A stretch of 64,000 nucleotides of DNA from Azolla caroliniana. Taxonomy: Eukaryota > Plantae > Polypodiophyta. Numbering within the stretch: the stretch's first letter is position 1; each line of letters begins with the position of its first letter. Of the stretch, positions 62,602-64,000 are shown piece after piece. The translations under genes and the position numbers were made by a program. The stretch covers positions 20,956,001 through 21,020,000 of the forward strand of contig JBHGNT010000008.1 of assembly GCA_043228905.1 (NCBI GenBank). The letters run 5' to 3'. The notes under the pieces were generated by a model that was not told where the DNA came from, searched no databases, and saw only the letters and a list, made by a program, of their open reading frames with translations.

Positions 62602-63084
62602 CTATGTCTGTGTATGGCCTCCTTTCCATTGGGCTACCATTTTGAGGATCTCTGCAGCTGCATCCTTAATGTCCTTGTTGCTCTCACTCTGCGCTGCGTC
62701 CACCTCATTCGCGAGTGCTGTAAGGACTTCGATTGTATTATAATCGCGCCATTCCACCAGAGTCTTCATGCTCTTATCATCTTCTACGATGAGGAAGAGG
62801 CAGCGGAGAGTGGCATTCATGTCAAGTGTGAGGCAATTGTGTGGAATCAGCTTGCCTTCGTAGCAGGGGTGTGGATTCTTGAGCAATATCTTGTATCCAT
62901 GGTGCAGATTCTTGAGCATTATGTGCATCAATTTCTTCTCCCGTGCAAGTTTTACAACTTCTGTCCATGGCTGTCCTGTCCAGTGGCTGTCGAGATTCCC
63001 TGTCTGGATTGTCCCCAGGTGTCGGGGGATCAGCCCTTTGTTGATCATGGATTGCACGAGCTTGACTGATGTCTCATCCTCGAC
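62602..63084 (-). CDS. Possible terminal exon of an unidentified host gene or pseudogene
   Basis: 151+ aa ORF with helical, protein-like composition and no TE motif; candidate acceptor CAG at 63085-63087; possible upstream exon 63726-63898. Confidence 0.35.
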   Translation of the reverse strand, partial: VEDETSVKLVQSMINKGLIPRHLGTIQTGNLDSHWTGQPWTEVVKLAREKKLMHIMLKNLHHGYKILLKNPHPCYEGKLIPHNCLTLDMNATLRCLFLIVEDDKSMKTLVEWRDYNTIEVLTALANEVDAAQSESNKDIKDAAAEILKMVAQWKGGHTQT

Positions 63085-63919
63085 CTGCTTGTGCAGATCA
63101 ACAAGGTGTTAGAATACATCATTCAAATGTTCAATTTTCCACCGAAATTGCTGGTAAAGCCAGTTCCTTTACTTGGTTGTGTTTGTTTTTTAAGCTGTGT
63201 TAGTTAAATTTGATACCTTTAGCATGAAAGAAAATCCGTCAGAGAAAAATCAAGAGATCTTTCGACCAGATGTCCAACAGATTTTCAATTTCCAGCTTCA
63301 ATAGAAAACCTTGAAATAGAGAAGCCAATTGAGACTGACTAGGACTTCAGAATGACAGTAAAACGCTCAGAGAAAGATCACATGATCGATCGAAAAGCAC
63401 CTTGATCCCAAGGTTTGACCAGTAAACAGAAACTTTGTCAGAAGTTTCTCAAAGGAAGATCAGGATATCATTGAAACAAAACTATCGATTTCCCGTTTCA
63501 GTGAATACCTCGGAATTTCGAGAGGAAATAGGAACTCAGGGCCAGGAAACACCTAAGAGAAATCTCACAAGATCATTACAACGAATTTTCAAACAGGAAT
63601 AAGAACGGATTTCCTACTTAAACGAAAAACCTTCTATACGAAGCCCTGAAACAGATTTTCCGAACAGGTCCCCGATCTCAATGGAAAGCTTTTGAAATGG
63701 AGCACAAGGAAACAGAGAAACATACAGAGGAGAAGGACTAGGACGGCGACGCAGAAGACGAGCCCGAACATTACTGTTCGTATTGTAGCGAGGAGAGGGA
63801 ACGCCGTCTTCATCGTGGCCTTCTTCTGCAGGGGAGGAGAAGAAGCCACCATCGTCGTCGTTGCTCAGCAGATCCATGGCGTTCTTCTCAGACCTCATCG
63901 CATGTACATATACGTAGAC

Positions 63920-64000
63920 CGTATGTATGTATGTATGTATAGTATGTATAGTATGTATGTATGTATAGTATGTATAGTATGTATGTATCTATGGTATGTA
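63920..64000. repeat. (TATG)n / (TATGTATAG)n microsatellite
   Basis: Directly visible. Confidence 0.9.

Overview
Eukaryotic heterochromatin-type DNA, most likely from a non-seed plant such as a fern or moss (inferred from the element lineages). It is almost entirely nested retrotransposons; letters are my own labels. Chain 1: Tork/Tnt1-like Copia J (<1-23106, -) contains a non-chromovirus Gypsy K (6679-22087, -), which contains a Tcn1-like chromovirus A (12811-18270, +) and a 704-bp solo LTR. Chain 2, five layers deep: Copia E LTR > chromovirus D (27204-44192, -) > Copia C (31490-43390, +) > chromovirus B (33119-38835, +) > 704-bp solo LTR. Chain 3: chromovirus H (-) contains non-autonomous element I (46216-49314) and Copia G (51097-56748). 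Two degenerate L1-type LINEs and one possible host ORF at the right end complete the window. No prokaryotic features, CRISPR, rRNA or intact tRNA genes were found. The main candidate novelty is that K, a K relative and two non-autonomous elements have no polypurine tract. At the PPT position they carry a conserved sense-strand mimic of the tRNA-Arg 3' end, finishing in CCA 2 nt before the 3' LTR (an inverted second PBS), which suggests tRNA-primed or tRNA-mimic-primed plus-strand synthesis. Also notable: antisense tRNA-like A/B-box cassettes in the U3 of two unrelated LTR families, Tf1-type self-priming with a fixed fold-back junction, and a -1 frameshift signal in the chromoviruses. Coordinates were read by eye; unanchored boundaries are approximate.
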